Positions 1 to 13,477 of a stretch of 64,000 bases of DNA are shown piece after piece. The position numbers were made by a program, and so were the translations under genes. The notes beneath the pieces are model-generated. The model did not search any database. It was not told the origin of the DNA and saw only the letters and a program-made list of their open reading frames with translations. How positions within the stretch are numbered: the first letter of the stretch is position 1; each line of letters starts with the position of its first letter. Source of the stretch: Halocafeteria seosinensis (lineage: Eukaryota); the NCBI GenBank assembly GCA_001687465.1, contig LVLI01000072.1:1-64000 (forward strand), given 5' to 3'.

Positions 1-104
1 GCATCGAGGAAAACAATATTTTCATCAGTTTGTATGTTATCGCCCTGAGTTTGAATGTCCACTTCGGGTCGAGTGGCGGTCTCGGTACGTTCACGGCTGT
101 CCAT
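1..104 (-). CDS. Possible 5' end of a gene running off the window (MDSRERTETATRPEVDIQ...)
   Basis: ATG at 104 with an open frame to the window edge; no recognisable motif. Confidence 0.3.
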   Translation of the reverse strand, partial: MDSRERTETATRPEVDIQTQGDNIQTDENIVFLD

Positions 105-415
105 TGTGTCCTTATCAGAGATAAAGGGTAAGAAAACCATACAGAAAGAAAGATTAACGATGATAATGCAATTTGATATGCTTGAATGTTCTTTAATTCC
201 ACTTTAATATGCTTAATAATGGGTTCACATTCTTCCTTCACAAAACTGGCAAATTTCGAAATATCGGGGGCACAGGCGCTTTTTCCGGTGGTGCGCCCCC
301 GCAAAACGTCGGGGGCAAAGTGCGGAAAAGGAAATATACCAGCTCTGCACGTACACTGCTGAACCGATTCACGTCTACTGTGTATGTCGAATCGGTTTCA
401 CGAGTTGGAACAGAG

Positions 416-3400
416 CTATAATTTCTCGTCGCAGGTCGCATCCCGTCTGCATTCAAAATGCGCTCTCATAAACGGAACAGCAATTGAGCTGGGACCGTTG
501 AACGTACACCACAAATCCTTGAGGCTTTCGCTAACTTGACCGAAGAATTCCCCGTCAAATGGAGGAGAGTTTGTAGACCGAGCAATCAAAGTAAGTGCAA
601 TGATACTGATTGAGCCCGAGGCAATCATGATCATGGGCCAACCTGAAATACCAGAAACTGGCGAATCTGTCCAGTACTGAGTCCCCAGAGCAAATTAGGT
701 ACACTCACCAAATTGCAACTTACCTGCCCGTTTGGTCTTACTCCTGCGCTCTCCTTGGAATCGATTATCAAAACCTGTAGATGATCCACTGCCAGTAGGA
801 TTTTGGTTCGATTTTTCGTTGCGGCCACCGGATTCTATCTTTTCACCGGCACCTCCCCTTGGTTCCGTACCAGTGTTGCCTCCTTCGCTCCCACCAGCCG
901 GCGGATATTCACTTCTTTCTCCAGTAGCCTCACCAGAACCTTCTCCGCTTGATTCCGTACCAGTGTTGCCTCCTTCACTCCCACCGCTCTCAACCGACAT
1001 TATCGATTCTCCTTCACCAGCGTTACCCGATGCGCTACCACCAGCCGGAGGATTTTCATTTCGTTCTCCAGTAGCCTCACCAGAACCTTCTCCGATTGGT
1101 TCCGTACCAGTGTTGCCTCCTTCGCCCCCACCGCTCTCACTCAAGTCTGTCGGTTCTCCTTCACCAGCGCTACCACCAGCCTGAGGATTTTCATTTCTTT
1201 CTCCAGTAGCTTCACCAGCACCTTCTCTGATTGGTTCCGTACCAGTATTGCCTCCTTCACTCCCACCTCTCTCAACCGACACTATCGATTCTCCTTCACC
1301 AGCGTCACCCGATGCGCTACCACCAGCCGGAGGATTTTCATTTCGTTCTCCAGTAGCCTCACCAGAACCTTCTCCGATTGGTTCCGTACCAGTGTTGCCT
1401 CCTTCGCCCCCACCGCTCTCACTCAAGTCTGTCGGTTCTCCTTTACCAGCGCTACCACCAGCCTGCGGATTTTCATTTCTTTCTCCAGTAGCCTCACTAG
1501 CACCTTCTCCGATTGGTTCCGTACCAGTATTGCCGCCTTCGCCCCCACCGCTCTCACTCAAGTCTGTCGGTTCTCCTTCACCAGCGCTACCACCAGCCGG
1601 AGGATTTTCATTTCGTTCTCCAGTAGCCTCACCAGCACCTTCTCCGATTGGTTCCGTACCAGTGTTGCCTCCTTCGCCCCCACCGCTCTCACTCAAGTCT
1701 GTCGGTTCTCCTTTACCAGCGCTACCACCAGCCTGACGATTTTCATTTCTTTCTCCAGCAGCCTCACCAGCACCTTCTCCGATTGGTTCCGTACCAGTGT
1801 TGACTCCTTCGCCCCCACCACTCTCACTCAAGTCTGTCGGTTCTCCTTCACCAGCCTTACCCGATGCGCTACCACCAGCCGGAGGATTTTCATTTCTTTC
1901 TCCAGTAGCCTCACCAGAACCTTCTCCGATTGGTTCCGTACCAGTGTTGCCTCCTTCGCCCCCACCGCTCTCACTCAAGTCTGTCGGTTCTCCTTTACCA
2001 GCCTTACCCGATGCGCTACCACCAGCCGGAGGATTTTCATTTCTTTCTCCAGTAGCCTCACCAGCAGCACCTTCTCTGATTGGTTCCGTACCAGTGTTGC
2101 CTCCTTCACTCCCACCGCTCTCAACCGACACTATCGATTCTCCTTCACCAGCGTTACCCGATGCGCTACCACCAGCCGGAGGATTTTCATTTCTTTCTCC
2201 AGTAGCCTCACCAGAACCTTCTCCGATTGGTTCCGTACCAGTGTTGACTCCTTCGCCCCCACCGCTCTCACTCAAGTCTGTCGGTTCTCCTTCACCAGCC
2301 TTACCCGATGCGCTACCACCAGCCGGAGGATATACATTTCTTTCTCCAGTAGCCTCACCAGAACCTTCTCCGATTGGTTCCGTACCAGTGTTGCCTCCTT
2401 CGCCCCCACCGCTCTCACTCAAGTCTGTCGGTTCTCCTTCACCAGCCTTACCCGATGCGCTACCACCAGCCGGAGGATTTTCATTTCTTTCTCCAGTAGC
2501 CTCACCAGCACCTTCTCTGATTGGTTCCGTACCAGTGTTGCCTCCTTCGCCCCCACCGCTCTCACTCAAGTCTGTCGGTTCTTCTTCACCAGCGCTACCA
2601 CCAGCCTGAGGATTTTCATTTCTTTCTCCAGTAGCCTCACCAGCACCTTCTCTGATTGGTTCCGTACCAGTATTGATTCCTTTGCCCCGACCGCTCTCAC
2701 TCAAGTCTGTCGGTTCTCCTTCACCAGCGCTACCACCAGCCTGAGGATTTTCATTTCTTTCTCCAGTAGCCTCACCAGCACCTTCTCCGATTGATTCCGT
2801 ACCAGTATTGCCTCCTTCGCCCCGACCGCTCTCACTCAAGTCTGTCGGTTCTTTACCAGCGTTACCCGATTCACTAGGCTCAACAGCACCTTCTCCGATT
2901 GGTTTCGTACCAGTGTTGACTCCTTCGTTCCAGGGAGATCGTTCACCGCTCGCGCCCGAGCGTTTCGGTTCCCCGTCACCAGCGTTACCCGATGCGCTAT
3001 CACCAGCCGGAGGATATATATGTCTTTCTCCAGTAGCCTCACCAGAACCTTCTCCGATTGGTTCCGTACCAGTATTGCCTCCTTCGCCCCGACCGCTCTC
3101 ACTCAAGTCTGTCGGTTCTCCTTCACCAGCGTTACCCGATGCGCTACCACCAGCCGGAGGATTTTCATTTCTTTCTCCAGTAGCCTCACTAGCACCTTCT
3201 CCGATTGGTTCCGTACCAGTGTTGCCGCCTTCGCCCCGACCGCTCTCAACCGACACTATCGATTCTCCTTCACCAGCGTTACCTGATGCGCTACCACCAG
3301 CCGGAGGATTTTCATTTCTTTCTCCAGTAGCACCTTCTCCGATTGGTTCCGTACCAGTGTTGACTCCTCCGCTCCCACCGCTCTCACTCAAGTCTGTCGG

Positions 3401-5557
3401 TTCTCCACCAGCATTACCCGATGCGCTACCACCAGCCGGAGGATATACATTTCTTTCTCCAGTAGCCTCACCAGAACCTTCTCCGATTGGTTCCGTACCA
3501 GTGTTGACTCCTCCGCTCCCACCGCTCTCACTCAAGTCTGTCGGTTCTCCTTCACCAGCGTTACCTGATGCGCTACCACCAGCCGGAGGATTTTCATTTC
3601 TTTTTCCAGTAGCCTCACCAGCACCTTCTCCGATTGGTTCCGTACCAGCGTTGACTCCTTCGTTCCAGGGAGACCGATCACCACTCGCTCTCGAGCTTGT
3701 CGGTTCCCCATAACCAGTAGCCTCACCAGCACCTGCTCCGATTGGTTCCGTAACAATGTTGACTCCTTCGTTCCAGGGAGACCGTTCACCGCTCACTCTC
3801 GCGCTTGTCGGTTCACCATCACCAGCGTTACCCGACTCACTACCACCAGCCGGATATGCATTTCTTTCTCCAGTAGCCTCACCAGAACCTTCTCCGATTG
3901 GTTCCGTACCAGTGTTGACTCCTTCGTTCCAGGGAGACCGATCACCACTCGCTCTCGAGCTTGTCGGTTCACCATCACCAGCGTTACCCGATGCGCTATC
4001 CCTAGCCGCAGGATATACATTTCTTTCTCCAATAGCCTCACCAGCACCTGCTCCGATTGGTTCCGTACCAGTGTTGCCTCCTTCGTTCCAGGGAGACCGA
4101 TCACCGCTCGCTCTCGAGCTTGTTGGTTCCCCTTCACCAGTGTTAGCCGGAGGGTTGTCATTTCTCTCTCCAGTAGCCTCACCGACACCTGCTCCGCTTG
4201 GTTCCGTACCAGCGTTGACTTCTTCGTTCCAGGGAGACCGATCACCACTCGCTCTCGAGTTTGTCGGTACCCCATAACCAGTGTTGCCAGCCTCACTACC
4301 ACCAGCCTGAGGATATTCACTTCTTTCTCCAGTAGCCTCACCGGCACCTTCTCCGCTTGATTTCGTACCAAGGTTGCCTCCTGCGCTCCCACCGTTCTCA
4401 CCTCGGCCTATCAGTTCTCCACCAGTGTTACCCGATTCACTACCACTAGAAAGCGGATATTCACTTCGTTCTCCGGCCGGCTGCCCGGCATCTTCTTCGC
4501 CTCGTTCCGTACCAGCGTTGCCTCCTTTGCTCCGAGGAGATCGATAACCACTCTCACTCGAGCCTCTAATTGCTCCTTCACCAGTGTTACCGGATTGACG
4601 ATCGCCAGCGGAGGGATATGCTCCTCTATCTCCATTATCGTTCCCGTATGGATCTTTCGTATCAGCCGAGTAACCAGACGCGCCTTTGTTGCCGGATGAA
4701 AACTGGTCGGTAGAGCCCGTCGTTTCTTGTTTCCTGTTGTTAGCATTCTCACCAACAATTGGCGGAAGATATTCATTCTTTTCTACTGCAACCGAAGCCC
4801 CATTGTTGTTTCCTTCGCTCGAGGAGTACCGCTCTAGGTTAAAGGGCGAACCTGCCCTTTGTCCGTTTTTACTGCTATCAGTCCCACTAATACTAGTCCA
4901 GGGATACCCACCCTTCTCTCCAGCGTCTTCTTCCCCCGTAGTGTACTGTCTACTTTCTCCGGGAGTTCCGGGCGAGATCCCTTCTAGAGCAGAGTTGTGA
5001 GCCTCAGGGTCAGTATCCCCCTTCAAGTGAGACTGCGACTTTCCCTCTTCTCTACCGGCGTCCAAACCGCCGTTCCCTTCAGGTGCAGGGTAACGCACAT
5101 CACCAGTACGTTCTTGTGTCAGAGAGTTCGCGTGGTGTAACCTCGGTGTCCCCTCATTGGAGAAATACGGATGCATCTGTCCTGAAGACTGTGAGTTAGA
5201 TGTTGCATCCCCAAAATGCGCTTCTGTTCCGCCATATCCGGCGTTTGTACCTGTTATGACAGGATTCTTTGGATTTCCCCAGGTGTTTGGCGAGCCATCT
5301 GGGCGTGTGTAAGTGCTACTGGCATCGTAAGTTTCCTGGCGTGGTGTCTCAGCTCTCTTCCAAGCGCTTTGATCACCAGAAAGGAATTGTTGTTGCTGTC
5401 GCACTCGGTACTCATTTTCCTCATCTCGGACGGGACCTCGGAGCATGTTCCCTGGGGCTGTTGCGAGACACCCCCACGGGCTCGCCGTGACGGCAAACAC
5501 AAGGAGAAGGGGGCCTATTTTGCGCATTCTCCTTCTCCTCCTAGATGATTCACTCAA
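416..5557 (-). CDS. Large Gly/Glu/Ser/Pro-rich tandem-repeat protein with signal peptide and C-terminal hydrophobic segment (probable type I surface protein)
   Basis: 1620-aa ORF with N-terminal hydrophobic stretch (IGPLLLVFAVTASPWGCLA). A GT-AG intron at 723..643 joins it in frame to GWPMIMIASGSISIIALTLIAR..., stop at 416. Confidence 0.75.
840..4400. repeat. Coding minisatellite, roughly 25 units of mostly 135/147 nt (45/49 aa)
   Basis: ccagtagc(c/t)tcacca recurs at 921, 1068, 1202, 1350 etc.; protein unit GEGEPTDLSESGGGEGGNTGTEPIGEGSGEATGERNENPPAGGSASGKA. Confidence 0.95.
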
Positions 5558-6071
5558 CGCTAATCGAACTTTCTGTTATATGGTCGTATTTTACTGATAA
5601 AAAACGACGTATAAACCCCTCAATAAAGCGTGGAACAAGACTACTCGAGAAGTTTTCCGGGGCAACACGAGGGGCAAGAATTTCACCTGAGCACCGTACA
5701 CTTCTTTGTTTCCACTCGAATCGATCCTGTAATTCGGAAACAAACGAACAATGCCAGTACTGGGAATAATCAGAGCTTGTGTGCTTCGATCCTTGGCGAC
5801 AAAACTCCCTCTAAAAGGCGTGAAATGGGCCGAAAACCTCCTTCATAGGCTCCAGACTTACTTTTCGTTCACTTTTATCGACGAATTGATTGTTTGCTTG
5901 TGTGATTGTTTGTGAAGGTGCGCATGCATTCAAAACGGAGGAGAATCCGTTGTTTGGGCTTTGTGTATCTGTGTAGAGACACCAAATAGCTGTTGAGTAG
6001 GTTGAATTCGTCCTACTGAACGTGCAGTGTGTTGTATTTTTAGTTTTGGAATTACTGCTGTTCCAGTTTTC

Positions 6072-7333
6072 ATGCACAGCCGAGCTCTGCGACATCAATT
6101 CAAATCAGCACCAGCAGGGATACTATTGAGTCGTTGTCGAGCAGCTTATTACCCAAAGCAGGGGATCGAGACAGGAGGCAACGTTCTTAGTGTCCAAATC
6201 AGATATAGTCACGTCCGCAATACAGATCCGCCAATGATTACCCAGTTTTTGAAACGACCTTCACGTAAGTCGGCACCGGGATCCCGCAACGCCGTGGAGT
6301 TTGTCACGCTCGCATGCTTGCTGCAGCCAACAAACGGTCACTTGAAGTTTCGGATGACTCTGTAGGAGAGACCAAAGCACCCGATATATCTCCTACACAG
6401 CAGCGGAAGCTGCAAAAGACGGCAGACGAAGACACGTCAAATGGAGAGGAGCCTCTTATACCGGAGGAGCTCGGGGAGGTCGACTCGAAGTGGATAGAAG
6501 CTCTCAAGCCTCAATTGAAAAAACACTATTGGAAAGAGCTACAAAACTTCGTAGAAAAGGAGAGAAATGCGTACGTGGGTTGCAGCTGTTCACTCTAAAC
6601 GCATACTGCTGTATTCTTGTACTTGCAGCAAAACAGTCTATCCACCGAAACCGCTAGTGTTTACTGCACTAAGAATGACACCCCTCGATTCTGTCAAGGT
6701 TGTCATTTTGGGGCAAGACCCTTATCACGGACCGAACCAGGTAAGACTATCTTCGATCTGCTTTGTGTACTACGGGATATTCTGATGAGCGTATCACCCT
6801 CAGGCGCATGGATTGGCCTTTTCCGTACCTAAAGGAGTGCGTGCCCCACCATCACTACTCAACATATTAAAAGAAATAGCTGCAAACTGTGGCACAGAAA
6901 CTCCTTCCCACGGGATGCTCGGGAAATGGGCTGAGCAAGGAGTGCTTCTATTGAATACAGTGTTGACCGTCGAAGCTCACAAGGCCAACAGTCACAAGAG
7001 CAAAGGATGGGAAAAGTTTACCGACGAAGTTATTCGAGCAGTTAACCGTAAAGAGGATCCTGTTGTTTTCATGCTATGGGGTAAACCAGCTCAACAGAAG
7101 GAACCTATGCTTGATAAATCCAAGCATCTGATCCTTCGAAGCCCTCATCCCTCACCCTTGTCAGGTAAGTTGGAGGCGAGTAAAGCGTTTTGCATGTTTC
7201 CATTCATTCCGCAGGTTTTGTTCTTATTGCCTTGGTAACAGCACATCGTGGATTTTTCGGGTGCCGACACTTTATACAAGCCAATGAATTCTTGAAGTCC
7301 AAGGGTAAAGATCCGATAGACTGGAGTTTATGA
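6072..7333 (+). CDS. UNG: Uracil-DNA glycosylase, family 1 (spliced; alternative start at 6234)
   Basis: Motifs [42 protein letters not shown]; four short GT-AG introns restore the frame; TGA at 7331-7333. Confidence 0.95.
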
Positions 7334-7640
7334 AGTGCAAGTTAAGTGTTGGAAATGAGCTGTGTATCATTCCACATATCAATGAACTCCCCAAAATCAA
7401 TGAAACTTACTGCACATATCGCCCTCGATGCTACCCCCACAACTTTACATATCTCGCGCTTCCTTCAAGAAGTTCGCAAGAGCGACTGTGAAGGCCGGCA
7501 GTGACTCTCGTGCCTGTTCCGCTGGGCCTAGGCAAAGAGAGAACGTACAATACCATAACTGCATCTATTTGTTTGTTTGTCCACTTGTGTATTATTGCTT
7601 ATCTTAATCAGTACCTTTTGATAGGCGGAAAAAGGCAGGT

Positions 7641-9421
7641 ATGCTCCGATTTAGCGCTCGGAACCGGCTGTTCACAGCTCTACAAACAGGCTCATGTAGG
7701 ACACATACCCCTCTATCTGTCTCCATTTTCCCCCACAATGGGAGGGCTTGCATGGGAAATACATTGCCAGAGATTCACGGTACCAGCGTCGCGTATTTCC
7801 ACAGGAGCAGCGTGTCCCAGGTGGAAGAAAAGAATGACAACGATAGCCACAGTAAAGGACAGAAGCAGCAGAAGGAAAGCAAGCAAGAATCGGGTGATAA
7901 AAGCAGTGGTGGAGGAGGCAATAAATGGACGTCTAGAGTAGGTCAGTGGTTTGAGCGCGTCAAAGATGAAAACCCTGAGTTGAAAGAAAGTGTGGAGGAA
8001 CTCAAGCAAACGGAAGTAAGTCTTTCATTCAGTGGTATGTATCATAGGGTCCACACTTGAGCTGATGGTGATGATGCGCAGTTTGTGGATGAGAAAACTA
8101 AAAAAGCTACGGAAGAAGTGAAGGAGCGTGTACAAGGGGTACGTCGTTTACGGCAATCATCAAAGAATTCGTACAATGGGCACTGGTTTCTCGCTCTCGC
8201 TATCGCTCTTGCTCTCAGGCTAAAGAATCTTGGAAAAGCACAGCGGAAGGTTGGAAAGACCATACAGGAAAGTTCCAAGAGACATTTGAGAAGTCAGCAA
8301 AGACTGGACAAGAAACAGCACAAAAAGCTCAAGAACGGGCCTCTACAACATGGGAAAAACTAAACGAAAAGTTCAGCAAGAGCTCAGAATCGAAAGACGA
8401 CAAAGCAGCAGAAGGAAAGAAAAAAGATACCAAAAAGAAGGAAAGTAAAGCGGCTCGTTTCTCTGAGTCAGTTAAAGATGTTTTAGCGGGTGTCTTTGGG
8501 TATACTCGGAAGCGTGCCACAGAGGATGAACCTGAGGAGAAGTACCCGTGGGTGGAGTACCAAGATCCCGACTCCGGGAAAATTCTTTACAGAAATCAAA
8601 ATACAGGCGTCGTTTTCGAAGAAAAACCGTTCGATTTTGATGAAAAGGCCACTGAGGCCAATAGGGCTCAAATGAACCAGGAACAGCAAGCACTTACCAT
8701 TGTCCCAGAACATAAATCACGTTGGCAACAGTATAGCGAACGACTTATGCAACAACCAATAATGCGCCAGTTGAAGGAGTATGCGGACGAAATAGCAGAT
8801 AGTGAAGTTGGAGAGAAGTATCGCCACGCACGCGAGGAAATTTCTGAAAGGAAAGAGCGAATAAAGGAAAAGTGGGAGACCAGTCAGCATCCGCTTGTTT
8901 ATAATGCAACCTATGCATATGATAGGTTGTTCAGTGAAAGTGAACAAGGACGAGCTATGAATGAGTTACTGCGAATTGATCCAGGTTTCGACGAAGTGGC
9001 GTTCATCGATGAAATGTCGAAGACCGTTATCCCTGAGGCTGTAAGCGCTTTCTTGAGGGGAGATAGGAAGACGCTATCTGAGCTAGCAACTGACGAGGCG
9101 ATGATGCATATAAACTCTGTTTTTAAAGCAAGAGAAAGCGAAGGTGTTGTCCAAGACCCTACCATTTTGGCTATTAATAGAGTAGAAAAAGTTACCGCAA
9201 GACACGAAACAGGTAAACCACCGATAATGGTGGTTTCTGCCATGGTCCAGCAGATTAACTGTATGAGGAATAAGAAAGGAGAAGTCGTCGAAGGTAAAGA
9301 AGATGAAATTCGAGCGGCTGTGTATCTGTTTGCGTTCCAACGAGACTACAGTCGTAAGACAGGTGAACTAGAGTGGAGGATAGCCGAAATGTCGATGCAA
9401 GGATCAATATTATACCTCTAG
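7641..9421 (+). CDS. TIM44: Mitochondrial import translocase subunit Tim44-like
   Basis: Arg-rich presequence MLRFSARNRLF; C-terminal Tim44 domain (WETSQHPLV, IDPGFDEVAF, QQINCMRNKKGEVVEGKEDEI, WRIAEM). Confidence 0.88.
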
Positions 9422-9527
9422 TTGTGGGCGAAAAACACAAGTTCCACAGGATGACGGCGCGGCTATATTATGTAGTGGTGTTCCATTTCCATATTATATA
9501 CAAATATGACGCTGTCACTCGAATCTT

Positions 9528-11082
9528 TTACTCGCGCCCTTGAATGATAGAATGAATCCGCGAACTTTGTTGTCGCGAACCAGCGGCACCTCCGGTGCTT
9601 TCTTGGTATGCGCCCGTTTGTTTCGCTGATTTAATCGAGGCGCTAGCAATCTTTTCACTAACCTCACACTGGACACCAATGTAATTAACGACGTTTCCGT
9701 CTACTCCGCGTAAGGGAGCTACGAAAAATTGGTTCCAGAAAGGTGTGCCGTCCTTTTTGTAATTGATCAAACAGACGGCTGTATCAGTACCCTCTTCGAT
9801 GCCCTTACGGATCACCGCCACTGTGTCGGGATCCGTAGAAGGTCCTTGCAAGAATCGGCAATTTCGACCAATTACTTCTTTTGGCGTATATCCGGTCAAT
9901 TGATAGAAGCCTTGACTTGCAAACACAATTGGATTGTCCGGTAGTTTCGGATCCGATACGACAAAATTCTGCTGGCTAATTGTCAGAGCTTGGACGAGTT
10001 GATAGTCCGGATCCTCCAATTTCTTCGTTGCTCTCTGTGACGGTCCTTCTAGGATACTCGAGTCTTGGCTGGAAATGGTAGTATCACTTGATATTTGATC
10101 GTAAGAGTTGCCAGTTGCGTTCTTGATGAAATCCTTCAACCGCTTGTTTTCCTTTTCCAATGCTTCGAGATTGGTCTTCAAGCTGTCCAAGAAAAACTTC
10201 TTCCTCAAGCGGGATTTTCTTGCGTGCACACGGTTTCGTTCTCGACTGTAGAAAATTACAAACATTACGCCAACGAATTTCTAAAATGACGGCGTCCCGT
10301 TCGTCCATGTTCTGTACTTACCTCTTCTCCTCTTTGGACACACCCTTACGACGGCTCTTGGAGGATGATTCCCCTTGGCTACCACCCCTAGCATCCACAC
10401 CTACCTCATTCTCATACTCAGCATCGGCTTTCCGTTTTGCTTCATACGCTGCAGCCCGGACGCTGTGCGAGGAGTGCTGAAAATCAGCATCATCATCATC
10501 CTTCCCTTCACTTGTGGCCGCTGGTTGCTTGCGTTTCTGAGTCGCTCCTCGAGTAGATCTCGCGGGTCGAGTTTCTACGTTTGCTTGGGGACTACTGGCT
10601 TCTGCATTGTCCTGGACAGCGGCGCCTGCTGCACGATAAGCTGGGCCTGTGGATCCTCTAACCGTCATGGGATCTTGACCTTGCTGCCATTGCCTCTCTA
10701 GTCCACCGATAGCTGCGTCGTTCGAGAAATCCAGCTCCCCTCCCGGAGATCTCGCTGGAGTAAAGTTGGGAGTAGATGAAAGAAAGTCTCTAGGTGTGTC
10801 GTTGGCGTAGAGATCCTCCCAGAAGGCCTCATCGAAGCCGGAATATCCGAGGTATCCCCCTTCGCCGCCGATGTTGAAATTTGGGATTCCTAGAGGTTCT
10901 AGCCCCGTTCCGGACGCCTGTGCATGTGCAGCACCAAATATGGGGCACATGTTGTTGCCTGCATCTTGCGCAGATGTCCAGAAATCTTCATTGTAATGGG
11001 GTTGATGGGCTTCCTCGGAGGTTCCCTGGTTCCCTCCACCGCCATTGCTCGTTGTGCTTGCATTTTCCGAGAACCCTTCCAT
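9528..11082 (-). CDS. AUREO: Aureochrome (bZIP-LOV blue-light-regulated transcription factor)
   Basis: bZIP RERNRVHARKSRLRKK...L..LE.EN followed by LOV domain with GRNCRFLQG and NYKKDGTPFWN; intron 10321..10246; start codon uncertain. Confidence 0.93.
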
Positions 11083-11832
11083 GGTTTGCTGTTTCTTTAG
11101 GTTGACACAGAGGTGTTGTGGGGTCAAAACACCGAAAATGAGGACAAAGGACGGAGAAAAACACCAAGCAGATGACAGGAGCGTGCCGTGGGAAGTTCAC
11201 GGTATCAGGTAGATACAGCACTGGTGAAGACCAAAGAGTCTATTGATCAGATGGAGCTATCAATCCATCAACATGCGCCGACTGTTATTGTGGCACCCGC
11301 AAAGGTGGTTGCATGCGAGAAGCGCTGCGGGAGGGTGTGCCCGAAGGCCCTGGACCTCCTCGCCAGCCACCGGTCGCAGAGGACTCTACTGGTCAGAACA
11401 ACACGTTTACACAAATACTTTGGGCATGTTGAGTCAACCAACAAACGAAACATTGCATGAAACATGCAACGTGGTTTGTTCATGAATGCTAGGAGGAATG
11501 TGCTCTTCGTGTAGTGAATTGTGTGTGCGAAACCGTTGGAGTGAATGAAGGCCACAACTGACTTCCCGAGAAGGGAGCACAAGATGTAGTCGGCGTGTAC
11601 TTTCAGCGTTATAAAGAACTCAAGCAACCTTTAGTTTAACCTTCTCATACAGTAGCACCTCGCTTGCATCCGTTATGTGTATCATATGATGTACATCGTA
11701 CGCGGTCACAGTGATAGTATCACATGGTTGGTTGGCACAATTTGATAACTGGTCATACTAATATACAGGGGTATACTAGAGCTTCTGAAGAGAAAGGACT
11801 CTTGACTTTTGAAGTAAACTAACTCTTTGATT

Positions 11833-12851
11833 TCACATCAGTGTCCGCTTTGGGAACGACTCAGAGTCCGCGTTTAGCAATCTAGTGAGTTTCTCTACCG
11901 TTGGTACCGCCATGAAACAAGCTGGTCCGAAAGGAATATCTAACATTGAATCATTAGAGCGCGTTCGGACTTGGAAACTCCCCTCCATGAAACCATCGCC
12001 TCCAAGGCCAACTCCAGAGTAATATTGAAACGTCTGGCCAGGCTTAAGCTCTGGCTGCTGTCCAATGACTCCGGGAGAACCGTACCTGCAGAACAACACA
12101 ACAAAAATAGAGAGAAAATAGTAAACGTGGGGGGCAATAATTAATCATAACTGAAATAGAGTGGAAGCACTTCTCTGCGAAATCAACTTACGGAACTTCC
12201 AACCGCATCTCCGTTTCGTCCACAAAGTGCAAGTGTCGGCTAAGGATCTGGAACACCTCACTTGAAAAGTTGCTTATACGAAACCTATACATATATTGGA
12301 AGGGTGAGTCATCCAATGTCACATTTGCGGACGAAGGAATCAAATTGGTTGTCAATTCAACAGCAATCCCTTGCTTGCTAGTCACTGCAAAACGCGAGAA
12401 CTTAATGAATTTAACAAACGTGCGTGGGAACCAATTTGGACTTACCAGCGGTGCACAAGTTATTCGATAGACAATCCGCAAACGCACGATAGTGCTGTAG
12501 TCCCGAACGTGCATCGAGATTCGGGTGTTTGGCATTATGGCGAATCACAAGTCTAGCGTCATCCACTGAAAGACTGCAGCGATGGGGGTGCTCTTCCAGT
12601 TGATCCTCAATTTGCTGAGGGATAGCAATGCCACCAAACATGTTCTGAAGCCGGTACAAACTGGGAGGCCCAATGAACTCGTAGGTGCCGAACTTTTGGG
12701 CCTTTAACGCATCCGCCAGGTAGATGTCATCTCGTTGGCCGAGAGAGGGGTCGTTCGACGCTTTCGATGGTATGCGTGGGGCTACCTTCCTCCATCCATT
12801 GAGTTCACGGAGGAATGCACGATACACAGACCGGCGCATTAGCTCGGTCAT
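11833..12851 (-). CDS. ApaG/DUF525-domain protein (spliced)
   Basis: YMYRFRISN..QILSRH and GVIGQQPELKPGQTFQYYSG...MEGSFQ are ApaG motifs; exact 3' end uncertain. Confidence 0.8.
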
Positions 12852-13477
12852 GGTCGTCACATTCGCCGTGTCTTTGTGTATAACAGAGGGGTAAGTAATG
12901 CAGCAGCAAGGTTCTCACCCTCCCTCCGTCGTTTGTTCTTCCTCCTCCTCCTTTCCCTGCTTGCCAGAGTTATATCACTAGCTGCCTCGACGCTTCCAAC
13001 ACTACTTTATATCTACAATACAGTGCTACACTAACATTGTGTATATCTCTTGTAGGCAAGAGTAATGGCGCCCCGCAACTCCATCTGCGACCGACCACGG
13101 GCGTGTGTGAGTGTGAGAGCAACATAAAAACTTGTATTCTTAGACAGTGGGAAGGGATTAAAACCTCATGCTAATGGGAACGCAGAATTGAGGGGAATAA
13201 TCATTTAAGTTATGTTTAATGCACCAGTGATTTCCTATTTTCAAATATCTGCCAGCCGCAGTAGTGGTTGTTGGTTTCCCAAGCAGCCTATGAATGAATG
13301 ATCACAATATTCCCATCGCTCCTTCTTGGCGTATTCACTTATGTATTTATTGTGTCCTAGTGAATGCTGCACTTGGACACGCTCACGCTGAGTTCGCACC
13401 ACCATATCATTCAACCAAGAGTGTTTCTCTCTTTTGAAATCGCAAGCAACAAGATCAGTTTCCGGATGTTGCGTCGT

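Noticed and set aside
732..4277. Long Pro/Ser-rich plus-strand ORFs
   Set aside because: Antisense shadows of the repeat protein; no proper starts and periodically interrupted
840..4400. CRISPR-like periodicity
   Set aside because: Whole units repeat in frame without unique spacers; no cas genes; eukaryotic context
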